NCBI GenBank assembly: GCA_036490095.1
Contig: DASXEN010000068.1
Span: 3,249 to 67,248, forward strand
DNA from: Caulobacteraceae bacterium
GTDB taxonomy: Bacteria; Pseudomonadota; Alphaproteobacteria; Caulobacterales; Caulobacteraceae
Length of the DNA: 64,000 bases
Direction of reading: 5' to 3'
Shown piece by piece: positions 32,044-40,829 of the stretch. The notes below the pieces were generated by a model. That model saw nothing but the letters and a program-made list of their open reading frames with translations, ran no database searches and was not told the DNA's origin. The translations under genes and the position numbers were made by a program. The stretch's first letter is position 1; every line of letters starts with the position of its first letter.

Positions 32044-32991
32044 ATGCCTCTGGATACGGGCGCCTTCCAGGACGAGCCGGACGCGGGCCGGGTGACGCCG
32101 CCGCCGTCGCGTCCGCGTGTCGGCCTCGACCCCAACCTCGCCATCGGCCAGGCGCTGAAGGTGGCCCGCCAGAGGCAGGGGCTGACGCTGGCCGACATCG
32201 CCGAGACCACCCGGGTGCGCGAGCGCCACCTGGAGGCCATCGAAGCCGGCGAGTTGGCGCAGCTGCCCTCGCGGCCGTTCACCATCGGCTACGTGCGCGC
32301 CTACGCCAAGGCGCTGGGCGTCGACGCCGACGCCACCATTTCGCGCTACCGCACCGCATACCCGAGCCCGGACGACGATCTGCACGGCCCGGTCGGCGTG
32401 CGCCACGACCGCCAGCGCCGCGGCGGCCTGATGCTGGCGGTGCTGGGCGCGGCCGGCGCCGCAGTGCTGGGCTGGAACGTCTTCCAGCACGTCACCGCCC
32501 ACCAGCCCGCCAGGGCCTCCGCGGCCGTCACGCCGCGCGCCGTCGCTATCGCCCAGGTCAACTCGGCCAGGGGCGGCGCCTTCAACGTCGACGCGCCGCT
32601 GCCGGCGCCGCCGGAAGCGACCGCGCCCGCGCCCTACATCACCCCGGTGGTCGGCAACGACGCGCCGCTGAACGCCCCGCCGCCCAGCGCCGCGCCCGCC
32701 GCCCAGGCCAGCACGACGCCGTTCGTGGCCCAGGGCGCCGTTTACGGCGACGCCAAGGGCGCCTCGCCGCTGATCATCCAGGCCCGCAAGTCGATCTCGC
32801 TGGAGGTGCGCGGCCCGGGCGGCGTGGTCTATTTCGCCCGCCAGCTCGCCGCCGGCGAGGCCTACCGGGTGCCGGCGCTGCCGAACCTCACCGCCGAGGT
32901 CTCCAACCCTGCCAGCGCCGAGCTGTTCGAAGGCGGCGTCTCCGAGGGGCTGTTCACCGCCCCGCAGATACCGCTGAAGACGGGCGGCTGA
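32044..32991 (+). CDS. rodZ: RodZ-like cytoskeleton/HTH domain protein
   Basis: XRE-type HTH (LKVARQRQGLTLADIAETTRVRERHLEAIE), one TM and a Pro/Ala-rich C-terminus. It lies upstream of ispG, a conserved rodZ-ispG arrangement in many proteobacteria. Confidence 0.7.
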   Translation: MPLDTGAFQDEPDAGRVTPPPSRPRVGLDPNLAIGQALKVARQRQGLTLADIAETTRVRERHLEAIEAGELAQLPSRPFTIGYVRAYAKALGVDADATISRYRTAYPSPDDDLHGPVGVRHDRQRRGGLMLAVLGAAGAAVLGWNVFQHVTAHQPARASAAVTPRAVAIAQVNSARGGAFNVDAPLPAPPEATAPAPYITPVVGNDAPLNAPPPSAAPAAQASTTPFVAQGAVYGDAKGASPLIIQARKSISLEVRGPGGVVYFARQLAAGEAYRVPALPNLTAEVSNPASAELFEGGVSEGLFTAPQIPLKTGG

Positions 32992-33042
32992 AGCGTCCGG
33001 CCACTGGCGAGCGGCGGCGCGCTCGCCTATCCTAGAGGCGTC

Positions 33043-34182
33043 ATGACCGCTGATCACACCCACGTGCGCCCCTGGCGCGCGATCGAGCGCCGCAAGAGCC
33101 GGCAGATTCACGTCGGCAATGTCGCCGTGGGCGGCGATGCGCCGATCTCCGTCCAGTCGATGACCAACACGGTCACCGCCGACGCCAACGCCACCATCGA
33201 GCAGGTGCGCCAACTGGAGGAGGCGGGCGCGGACATCGTGCGCGTCTCCTGCCCGGACGAGGCGTCCACGGCGGCGATGCCGGCCATCGTCAAGGCGTCG
33301 AAGGTCCCGATCGTCGCGGACATCCACTTCCACTACAAACGCGGCATCGAGGCCGCCAAGGCGGGCGCCGCCTGCCTGCGCATCAACCCGGGCAACATCG
33401 GCTCGGCGGCGCGGGTGAAGGAGGTGGTCGACGCCGCCCGCGACCACGGCTGCTCGATGCGCATCGGCGTCAACGCCGGCTCGCTGGAGCCGCACCTCCT
33501 GGAGCAGTACGGCGAGCCCTGCCCCGAGGCGATGGTGCAGAGCGCCCTCGACCACGCCAAGATCCTGCAGGACCTCGACTTCCACGAGTTCAAGATCAGC
33601 GTGAAGGCGTCCGACCTGTTCCTGGCCGTCGCCGCCTACCAGCAGCTGGCCGAGGCGATCGACTGCCCGCTGCACGTCGGCATCACCGAGGCGGGTCCCA
33701 CCCGCTCGGGCACCATCAAGTCGTCGATCGGCATGGGCTCGCTGCTCTGGGCCGGCATCGGCGACACCATCCGCGTCTCCCTGGCCGCCGACCCGGTCGA
33801 GGAGGTGAAGGCCGGCTTCGACATCCTCAAGTCGCTGGGCCTGCGCCACCGCGGGATCAACATCATCGCCTGCCCCTCCTGCGCCCGGCAGGGATTCAAC
33901 GTCATCGAGACGGTCGGCAAGCTGGAGGAGCGGCTGGCGCACATCTCCACGCCGATGAGCCTCTCGATCATCGGCTGCGTGGTCAACGGCCCGGGCGAGG
34001 CGCTGCTCACCGACGTCGGCTTCACCGGCGGCGGCAAGGGCGCGGGCATGGTCTACCTGGCCGGCAAGGCCGACCACAAGATGGACAACGGCCGCATGGT
34101 CGACCACATCGTCGAGTTGGTCGAGGCCAAGGCCAAGGAGCTGGACGCGGCCGCGGCCGCGACGCTGCAGGCGGCGGAGTAG
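33043..34182 (+). CDS. ispG: 4-hydroxy-3-methylbut-2-en-1-yl diphosphate synthase (flavodoxin) IspG
   Basis: 379 aa with IspG/GcpE motifs ([33 protein letters not shown]). Confidence 0.96.
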   Translation: MTADHTHVRPWRAIERRKSRQIHVGNVAVGGDAPISVQSMTNTVTADANATIEQVRQLEEAGADIVRVSCPDEASTAAMPAIVKASKVPIVADIHFHYKRGIEAAKAGAACLRINPGNIGSAARVKEVVDAARDHGCSMRIGVNAGSLEPHLLEQYGEPCPEAMVQSALDHAKILQDLDFHEFKISVKASDLFLAVAAYQQLAEAIDCPLHVGITEAGPTRSGTIKSSIGMGSLLWAGIGDTIRVSLAADPVEEVKAGFDILKSLGLRHRGINIIACPSCARQGFNVIETVGKLEERLAHISTPMSLSIIGCVVNGPGEALLTDVGFTGGGKGAGMVYLAGKADHKMDNGRMVDHIVELVEAKAKELDAAAAATLQAAE

Positions 34183-34186
34183 GCGT

Positions 34187-34341
34187 CTTCTCTCTTCCCC
34201 CCAGGGGGAAGTGGCCCGAAGGGCCGAAGGGGGTCTACAGCGCCGGCGGGCATAGCGCGTGGATTCCCACCGGCCGCCTGGGCCGTTGACCCCCATCCGC
34301 TCGCCTGGCGGCGAGTCGCTTCCCCCTTGGGGGAAGAGAGG
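34187..34341. repeat. Palindromic extragenic repeat element
   Basis: Termini CTCTCTTCCCCCCAGGGGGAAG ... CTTCCCCCTTGGGGGAAGAGAGG are inverted copies. GGCCCGAAGGGCCGAAGGGGG hairpins lie inside. Confidence 0.65.
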
Positions 34342-34436
34342 CCGAGTGGAATTTCCAATGTTGACGCCGGCGTCACCCTTGCGCGGCTTCGCGCGGCCTG
34401 CTTAGGGTTGCGCCGCCAACTTGGGAGCGAAACCAC

Positions 34437-34730
34437 ATGTCCGCCGACGGCAGCTGGAAGACCACGATCAATTCGCCGATGGGCGTGCAGCAGGGCACGC
34501 TGACGATCAAGACCGATGGCGCGGCCTTCACCGGCTCGATGGCCAGCGCGCAGGGCACGCAGGAAATCTCCGGCAAGGTCGACGGCAACACCCTGACCTG
34601 GGGCTCGAAGCTGACCCAGCCGTTCCCGATCGACCTGGAGTTCACCGTCACCGTCGACGGCGACGCCATGACCGGCTCGGTGAAGGCCGGCGCGTTCGGC
34701 TCCTCGCCGCTGAAGGGCGAGCGGGCTTAG
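34437..34730 (+). CDS. Small conserved-looking hypothetical protein (beta-rich, 97 aa)
   Basis: Clean codon usage and an internal repeat pattern (TLTIKTDGAAFTGSM / EFTVTVDGDAMTGSV). No family recognised. Confidence 0.55.
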   Translation: MSADGSWKTTINSPMGVQQGTLTIKTDGAAFTGSMASAQGTQEISGKVDGNTLTWGSKLTQPFPIDLEFTVTVDGDAMTGSVKAGAFGSSPLKGERA

Positions 34731-34791
34731 CATTTCCGAGACGCTCCTCTCCGCCTGGAAGGCCGCCACGGCGCGGCTGGCCGAGGCGGGT

Positions 34792-35610
34792 GTGGAAAGT
34801 CCGACCATCGACGCGCGGCTGCTGCTCGAGGCGGCCGCGCCGGTGAGCCGCGCCGACATCCTCGCCGACCCGCGCCGTGCGCTGGACGCCGAGGCCCAGG
34901 CGCGGCTCGACGGGTTCGTGGAGCGCCGCGCCCGGCGCGAGCCGGTCAGCCAGATCCTGGGCCGCAAGGGCTTCTGGACGCTGATGCTGAACGTCTCGCC
35001 CGGCGTGCTGACGCCGCGGCCGGAGACCGAGACCATCCTCGACGTGGTGCTGCCGGCCTTCCCGCCGGAGCGCGCCTTCAGCGTGCTCGACCTCGGGGTC
35101 GGCTCCGGCGCGATCCTGCTGGCGATCCTGGCCGAGCGGCCGAAGGCCAGGGGGCTCGGCGTCGACGTCTCCGAGACGGCGCTGGCGGTGGCGCGCGACA
35201 ACGCCGCGGGGCTCGGCCTCGAAGCCAGGGCCGCGCTGCTGCGCACCGACTGGACGGCCGGCCTGGCGGACGCCAGCTTCGACCTGGTGGTCGCCAATCC
35301 GCCCTACATCCGCAGCGCCGAGATCGAGACCCTGGCGCCGGAGGTGCGCGACTACGATCCGCGCCTGGCGCTCGACGGCGGCGCCGACGGGCTGGAGGCC
35401 TATCGCCGCCTCGCGCCGGAGATCCTGCGGGTGCTGAAGGCCGGCGGCCGCTTCGCGGTGGAGATCGGCCACGACCAGGCGGCGGCCGTCTCGGCCCTGT
35501 TCCGCGACGCCGGCGCCGAGGGGGTTAGCGTGCACCGCGACCTGGCCATGCGCGACCGGGTGGTGGCCGGCGACAAGAAAGCCCTTGGAAACACCGGGTC
35601 GAGTCGCTAA
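34792..35610 (+). CDS. prmC: Release factor glutamine N5-methyltransferase PrmC
   Basis: SAM motif VLDLGVGSGAI and the catalytic NPPY (VVANPPYI). The homologous N-terminal region appears to begin at 34732 (ATT), upstream of the first canonical start (GTG 34792). Confidence 0.9.
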   Translation: MESPTIDARLLLEAAAPVSRADILADPRRALDAEAQARLDGFVERRARREPVSQILGRKGFWTLMLNVSPGVLTPRPETETILDVVLPAFPPERAFSVLDLGVGSGAILLAILAERPKARGLGVDVSETALAVARDNAAGLGLEARAALLRTDWTAGLADASFDLVVANPPYIRSAEIETLAPEVRDYDPRLALDGGADGLEAYRRLAPEILRVLKAGGRFAVEIGHDQAAAVSALFRDAGAEGVSVHRDLAMRDRVVAGDKKALGNTGSSR

Positions 35611-35847
35611 ATCAGGTTCGTCTCCTCCTAGAACCGTCGGAGTCGAGGTCGAGGCGACGGCCCGTGAGCTGTCGCGGCAGGCGCTCCGACAGGCGGCGCA
35701 CAGCGCGCCGGGCGCTCGCTGGAGACAGGGAACCACAAGCGTTTTCGGACACTCAACCGGGCAGGATCGCCCGCTTCTAGATGGAACCGCAAGGCAGCCG
35801 CAGGCGATGTCCCGCGCGCCAGGCGATCCGCAACAGGTCGGCCAAGC

Positions 35848-36882
35848 ATGAGAGATTTCAAGGGGATGAAGCGCCAGCGCAACCGCGGACGCGGCGGCGG
35901 TGGGGGTGGCGGCGGAAACGGCAAGCCGCAGCACAACGCCAACCGCGCGTTCGACTCCAACGGGCCGGACGGCGTCAAGGTGCGTGGCGCCGCCCAGCAC
36001 ATCTACGAAAAGTACCAGCAGCTGGCCCGCGATACGTCGGCGCTCGGCGACCGGGTGCTGGCGGAGAACTACCTGCAGCACGCCGAGCACTACTTCCGGG
36101 TGCTGCGGGCGATGCAGCCGCAGCGGCCGGTGACCGAGATCATCGGGCGCGACCAGTTCGCCTCCGGCTACGACATCGATTTCGAGGACGAGTCGCAGAA
36201 CGTCGAGGAGCCGGCCGAGGCCGAGGTCGAGACGGCCGGCGACGGCCGCCAGGGCCAGTGGCAGCGGGACGACCGCCAGCCGCGCGAGGAGCGGCCGCAG
36301 AATGACTATCGCCAGCAGGGCGAGTACCGGCAGCAGGGTGACCGCGGCCAGGGCGAATATCGCCAACGCGACGACCGTCCGCAGGGCGAGTACCGCCAGC
36401 GCGACGACCGCTACCAGGGCGAGCGCCGCGAGCGCTTCCAGCGCGACGACCGGCCCCGCGACGACCGGCCCCGCGACGACCGTCCGCGTGACGATCGGCC
36501 CCGGGATGACCGGCCCCGTGAGGACCGCCAGGGCGGCGGCCGTTACCAAGGCGACCGCCCGCAGCGCCAGGACCGCGACTACCGGTCCGAGCGGGGCGAT
36601 CGCGACCCGCTGACCGTCATCGAGCCGCAGGCGACGCCGCTGACCGCCCAGGCCACCGCGCCGGCCGCCTACGAGCCGCCGCGTGAGGGACCTTCCGGCG
36701 TGCTGCGCGGCGAGGACGGAACCACCAGCCACGCCCCGGCCTTCCTGCAACCGCGCGCCGAGCCGCGGCCCGAGGCGGCCGAGGACGAGCCGGCCGAGCC
36801 CCGCCGTCCGCGCCGCCGCCGCGCGCCGCGCACCTTCGAGGCCGGCGAAGCCGCCGCTCCGGCGGAGGCCGACGAGGGCTGA
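35848..36882 (+). CDS. DUF4167 domain protein with Arg/Asp/Gln-rich repetitive C-terminal half
   Basis: N-terminal Gly-Arg tract followed by AQHIYEKYQQLARDTSALGDRVLAENYLQHAEHYFRVL (DUF4167-like). The start may be MKRQRNRG at 35866. Confidence 0.8.
   Translation: MRDFKGMKRQRNRGRGGGGGGGGNGKPQHNANRAFDSNGPDGVKVRGAAQHIYEKYQQLARDTSALGDRVLAENYLQHAEHYFRVLRAMQPQRPVTEIIGRDQFASGYDIDFEDESQNVEEPAEAEVETAGDGRQGQWQRDDRQPREERPQNDYRQQGEYRQQGDRGQGEYRQRDDRPQGEYRQRDDRYQGERRERFQRDDRPRDDRPRDDRPRDDRPRDDRPREDRQGGGRYQGDRPQRQDRDYRSERGDRDPLTVIEPQATPLTAQATAPAAYEPPREGPSGVLRGEDGTTSHAPAFLQPRAEPRPEAAEDEPAEPRRPRRRRAPRTFEAGEAAAPAEADEG
36442..36531 (+). repeat. 15-bp in-frame tandem repeat (about 6 units) inside the DUF4167 gene
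   Basis: CGCGACGACCGGCCC-type units encoding RDDRP x5 plus REDRQ. QGEYRQRDDRP-type longer repeats precede them. Confidence 0.85.
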
Positions 36883-36961
36883 CGAGGCGCGGCAAGGCGC
36901 CGCGCTTGACCATCGTGTCACCTATAGGTTACATCGCGGCTTCGAACCTGGAGTCCCGCTG

Positions 36962-37636
36962 ATGTCGCCCGCCCATACGCCGATCGACCCGCCGCGCACG
37001 CGCCGCAACAGACCGTTGATCTGGGGCGCGCTGCTGTTGATGTCGATCGGGCTCGGCCTGTTCGCCGTCAGCTCCGGCGGTCCGGATACGCGCGAGGACC
37101 AGGCCCACCTGGTCGTGCTCGGCTCCTGGGTGGTCCTCGCCGGGGCCTACGCCTGGATGCGGTTCAGGCCGCGCAAGCCCTACGGCGATGCGGCGCGGCC
37201 GAAGTCGGAGGCCTTCCAGCGCAAGCGCGCGCGGCTGCTGATCCTCTGCGCCGGCTACCTGGCGCTGGTCGTCACGCCGATGGAGATCTGGCAGTCGCTG
37301 ACCAGCCTCGCCCACGCCTCGACGGTCGACCGCATCTTCTATGCAGCCATGTTCATCGGCTCCAGCGCCCTGGTGCTGGGCCTGGTGACCACCGGCATCT
37401 ACTCGCGCCAGTGGAGCGCGCTGGTGGACGACGAGCTTAGCCTCGCCAACCGCCTCGCCGCATTCCGGGCCGGCTTCTGGGTGTTCGCCGGTCTGGGCGC
37501 GACCGCCCTGGTGGTCAGCTTCCTGAGGCCCGAATGGGCCGTGGCCGCCATCCCGGCCGTCGCCGGCCCGGCTGTCGCCGCAGCCGGCCTGAGGTTCGCG
37601 CTGCTCGAGCGCGCCGCCGCCGGCTCGGATGAGTGA
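36962..37636 (+). CDS. Hypothetical multi-pass membrane protein
   Basis: Start at MSPAHTPIDPP. Four to five predicted TM segments. The 3' end overlaps the following XRE gene by 8 nt. Confidence 0.6.
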   Translation: MSPAHTPIDPPRTRRNRPLIWGALLLMSIGLGLFAVSSGGPDTREDQAHLVVLGSWVVLAGAYAWMRFRPRKPYGDAARPKSEAFQRKRARLLILCAGYLALVVTPMEIWQSLTSLAHASTVDRIFYAAMFIGSSALVLGLVTTGIYSRQWSALVDDELSLANRLAAFRAGFWVFAGLGATALVVSFLRPEWAVAAIPAVAGPAVAAAGLRFALLERAAAGSDE

Positions 37637-37847
37637 GCGGCGCCTCGGCAACCGGCTGAAGGAGGCGCGCGCGGCCCGCGGCTGGACCCAGGCGGACCTG
37701 GCGCTAGCGGTCAGCGTCTCCCGCAAGACCATCAACACCATCGAGAACCAGGTGTTCGTCCCGTCCACGGTGCTGGCGCTCAGCCTGGCGCGGGCGCTGG
37801 AGACGACGGTCGAGGCGCTGTTCTTCCTGACCGAGGCCGAGCCCTAG
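37629..37847 (+). CDS. Short XRE-family HTH transcriptional regulator
   Basis: 72 aa. LKEARAARGWTQADLALAVSVSRKTINTIEN is a classic HTH_3 motif. Confidence 0.88.
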   Translation: MSERRLGNRLKEARAARGWTQADLALAVSVSRKTINTIENQVFVPSTVLALSLARALETTVEALFFLTEAEP

Positions 37848-37897
37848 GCTTGCCGCCGCGCCGCCGTGACGTAGCATGGCGGCGCGGAGGGACCGGG

Positions 37898-39424
37898 ATG
37901 CGGCGGCTCGGATGGATGGCCTTGGCGCTGGGGTTGGCGCTGGCCCGCGCGGCCTGGGCCGAGGACCCGGTGGGCGACTGGACCGGCGCGCTGACGAGTC
38001 CCGGCGCCACGGTCAATCTGGCTTTGCACATCCGCCGCGGCGCCGGCGGCGTCCTCGGCGCGACGCTCGACAGCCCCGACCAGGGTTTCGGCGACATCCC
38101 CGTGCCCACGGTCACCGCGACGGGTACGACACTGTCGCTGTCGATCCCGCTGCTGCACAGCGCCTACAAGGCGAGCTGGGACGCCGCCGGCCGCAAATGG
38201 ATCGGGACCTGGACGCAGAGCGCGCCGCTGCCGCTGGTGCTGACCCGCGGCCTGCCGCCACGTCCGGCGCCGACCTGCCCGGAAACGGCGTCAAGCGCCG
38301 CACCCACCACGGGCCCCAAGTGGTGCGACATCCTGATCTGGACGCCCGGGCAGCAGGCCGCCGCCTACCGGGCGATGGACAGGAGCTTCGACGTCCGCAC
38401 GGTCCATCGCGGCGGATCGGTCGCGCAACTGCCGCATCTGCCGCGTCCGCTCGCGCCTGCGTTCCAGGTCGAGGGCGAGACCTGGACGATGGACGACTTC
38501 ATGCGCCGCGCCCACGTGGCCGGCGTGCTGGTGCTGAAGGGCGGCGCGGTGTGGCTGGAGGGCTATGGCCTGGGCATGCGGCCCGGCGACCGCTGGATCG
38601 GCTTCTCGGTCACCAAGTCGGTCACCTCCACCCTGATCGGCGCGGCGATCGAGGACGGCGCGATCAAGTCGCTCGACGCGGCGGTCACCGACTACCTGCC
38701 GGAGCTGAAGGGCGGCGCCTACGACGGCGTCACGGTGCGCCAGCTGATCACCATGACCACCGGCGTGCGCTGGAACGAGAACTACGGCGACCCGAAGGCC
38801 GACATCGCCAACTACGACCGCGGCGCACCCGGCCCGAACGGCGAGAGCCCGGTGCTGGCCTATATGGCCAAGCTGCCGCGCGCCGCGCCGCCGGGGACCA
38901 GGTTCAACTACTCGACCGGCGACGCCACCCTCGCCGGCCTGCTGGTGGCGCGTGCGACGCACAAGTCGCTTTCCGACTACCTGTCCGAGAAGATCTGGTC
39001 GCGGCTGGGGATGGAAACGGACGCCGCCTGGGTGCTGCAGCACGGGACGGCGCAGGAGCAGGGCGGCTGGGGCCTCTCGATGGACCTGCGCGACGAAGGC
39101 CGCCTCGGCCTCTTCGTGCTGGACGGCGGCGTGATCGGCGGCCGGCGCGTGCTGCCCGAGGGCTGGGTCGCCGACGCCTCGGCCAACCACATCGAGGGCC
39201 GTCCGCCGGGCCAGGGCTACGGCTACTACTGGTGGATGCGGCCCGTCGGCTTCAGCGCCGTCGGCGTCTACGGCCAGTCGCTCTACATCGACCCGCAGGA
39301 CCGGCTGGTGGTGGTGATCCAGAGCGCCTGGCCGTTCACCAGCGACGTCCTCGCCGGCGAGGCGCAGACGGCCTTCCTCACCGCCGTCGTGCAGGCGGCG
39401 CGCGCGCCGCAGCCGCTGAAGTGA
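37898..39424 (+). CDS. Serine hydrolase (beta-lactamase family) with N-terminal extra domain, secreted
   Basis: Signal peptide MRRLGWMALALGLALARAAWA. SxxK motif (FSVTKSVTS). YSTGD motif in the Tyr-x-Asn position. Confidence 0.82.
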   Translation: MRRLGWMALALGLALARAAWAEDPVGDWTGALTSPGATVNLALHIRRGAGGVLGATLDSPDQGFGDIPVPTVTATGTTLSLSIPLLHSAYKASWDAAGRKWIGTWTQSAPLPLVLTRGLPPRPAPTCPETASSAAPTTGPKWCDILIWTPGQQAAAYRAMDRSFDVRTVHRGGSVAQLPHLPRPLAPAFQVEGETWTMDDFMRRAHVAGVLVLKGGAVWLEGYGLGMRPGDRWIGFSVTKSVTSTLIGAAIEDGAIKSLDAAVTDYLPELKGGAYDGVTVRQLITMTTGVRWNENYGDPKADIANYDRGAPGPNGESPVLAYMAKLPRAAPPGTRFNYSTGDATLAGLLVARATHKSLSDYLSEKIWSRLGMETDAAWVLQHGTAQEQGGWGLSMDLRDEGRLGLFVLDGGVIGGRRVLPEGWVADASANHIEGRPPGQGYGYYWWMRPVGFSAVGVYGQSLYIDPQDRLVVVIQSAWPFTSDVLAGEAQTAFLTAVVQAARAPQPLK

Positions 39425-39427
39425 GCC

Positions 39428-40768
39428 TCAGAAGTAGGCGGCGTCGGTGTAGAGGCCGCGCTGCGAGGCGCCCTCGGGCACGTGGATTCCCGGCGTCCAG
39501 GTGAAGAAGTCGCCGGTGGCGCGGCCGAGGCCGTTGATCAGCGCCGAGCCCGACGAGGCCGGCGAGGTGTAGATGATCAGGGTGTCGATGCCCTGCGCCG
39601 TCAGAGCCCCGCACCAGGCGCGCAGCAGCGCCTCGAGCTCCGCCTCGGCGCCGGGCGCGAAGGCATAGTCCATGACCACGCCGGGCGTGGAGACGGTCTG
39701 CACGCCGCCGGTCTCGGTGACGCTGCGCAGCGCCCTGCCGGCCGGCCAGACGCCGACGAGTGCGCCGTCGGTCAGCCAGACCTTGTCCCAGCCGTAGAGG
39801 TCGGGCGCCCGTTCCACCCGCCTGGCGAACCCGTCGGCATCGTAGGGCACGAACATTTCCTCGGGCCCATGGAAGGCGTTGAGGCGCGCGGCGATCTCGC
39901 CGGCGTCGGCGGACGTGGCGGGGCGGCCCGTCATCGGCCCGGCCAGCGCCGCGCAGTCCAGCTCGACGCGCTGGACGATCTGGTCCCACTTGTCGGGGGT
40001 GCCCTGGAAGCCGTGCTGCATGCCGAGATTGGCGACCGCGATGTAGGCCTGCGAGCCGTCGACGCGGTCCCGGTATTTGTTCAGTGCGCTGTTGGCGGCG
40101 CCCCACAGGCCCTTGCGCTGGTGCTCCGGCAGCACCCGCAGGTGCGAAACCACATAGAGCCGCTTCAGCTCGCCGCCGACGCGGATCACCCGCTCGGCGC
40201 CGCAGCTGATCGCCGCCGGCACGCCGTCCACCGAGGCGAGGCCGACCGTGCACTCCTCCAGCAGCCGCGAGAAGGCGAAATAGTCGGCCCCGCGGTCGAA
40301 CCACACCGAGGTGTCGCCCATCACGATCGGGCAGCGCCGTTCGATGTCGGCGACGGTCAGTGCGTCGTCCGGCCCGGCCTCGCGCACCTCCAGCTTGAAG
40401 TCGTGGCGGCGCTCGAACAGGAAGTGGTCAATCCGGTGCGGCGGATCGGGCTCGACCCGCAGGTCGATCGACAGCTTGCGGTCTTTCGAGGTGCGCGCCA
40501 GCGCCACGATGGCGAGGTCGGCGGCCGACCCGATGCTGAGCTCGACGATGTCGCCCATGCGCGCGTGGTCGGCGCGGAAGATCCCGGCCAAGGTCTCGGC
40601 GGTATGCTCGCCGCCGAACCGCTTCAGCATCGCCGGCCCGTAGCGGTCCCAGTCGGCCAGGCTGACGCCCTCGCCGTCGCGGGCGTGCTGCGTCATCCAC
40701 CAGGCGAGCTGGCGGCCGGCGGGCGTGTCCGGGATCTGGCGGAGCAGCGGCTCGGGATCGTAGCTCAC
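39428..40768 (-). CDS. Hypothetical 446-aa protein with central GNAT-like acetyltransferase core
   Basis: VSHLRVLPEHQRKGL resembles the GNAT motif A (Q/R-x-x-G-x-G/A). The N- and C-terminal regions were not recognised. Confidence 0.55.
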   Translation of the reverse strand: MSYDPEPLLRQIPDTPAGRQLAWWMTQHARDGEGVSLADWDRYGPAMLKRFGGEHTAETLAGIFRADHARMGDIVELSIGSAADLAIVALARTSKDRKLSIDLRVEPDPPHRIDHFLFERRHDFKLEVREAGPDDALTVADIERRCPIVMGDTSVWFDRGADYFAFSRLLEECTVGLASVDGVPAAISCGAERVIRVGGELKRLYVVSHLRVLPEHQRKGLWGAANSALNKYRDRVDGSQAYIAVANLGMQHGFQGTPDKWDQIVQRVELDCAALAGPMTGRPATSADAGEIAARLNAFHGPEEMFVPYDADGFARRVERAPDLYGWDKVWLTDGALVGVWPAGRALRSVTETGGVQTVSTPGVVMDYAFAPGAEAELEALLRAWCGALTAQGIDTLIIYTSPASSGSALINGLGRATGDFFTWTPGIHVPEGASQRGLYTDAAYF

Positions 40769-40829
40769 GGCGGTCCTCGTTGAACGAGGACGCAGTCTAC
40801 TCGCGCGGCGCGGCGCGGTCCAAGCGCCG

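Noticed and set aside
36300-36560. Possible CRISPR-like or minisatellite array.
   Set aside because: The repeats are 15 bp, contiguous with no spacers, in frame and inside a coding sequence. This is a coding tandem repeat, not a CRISPR.
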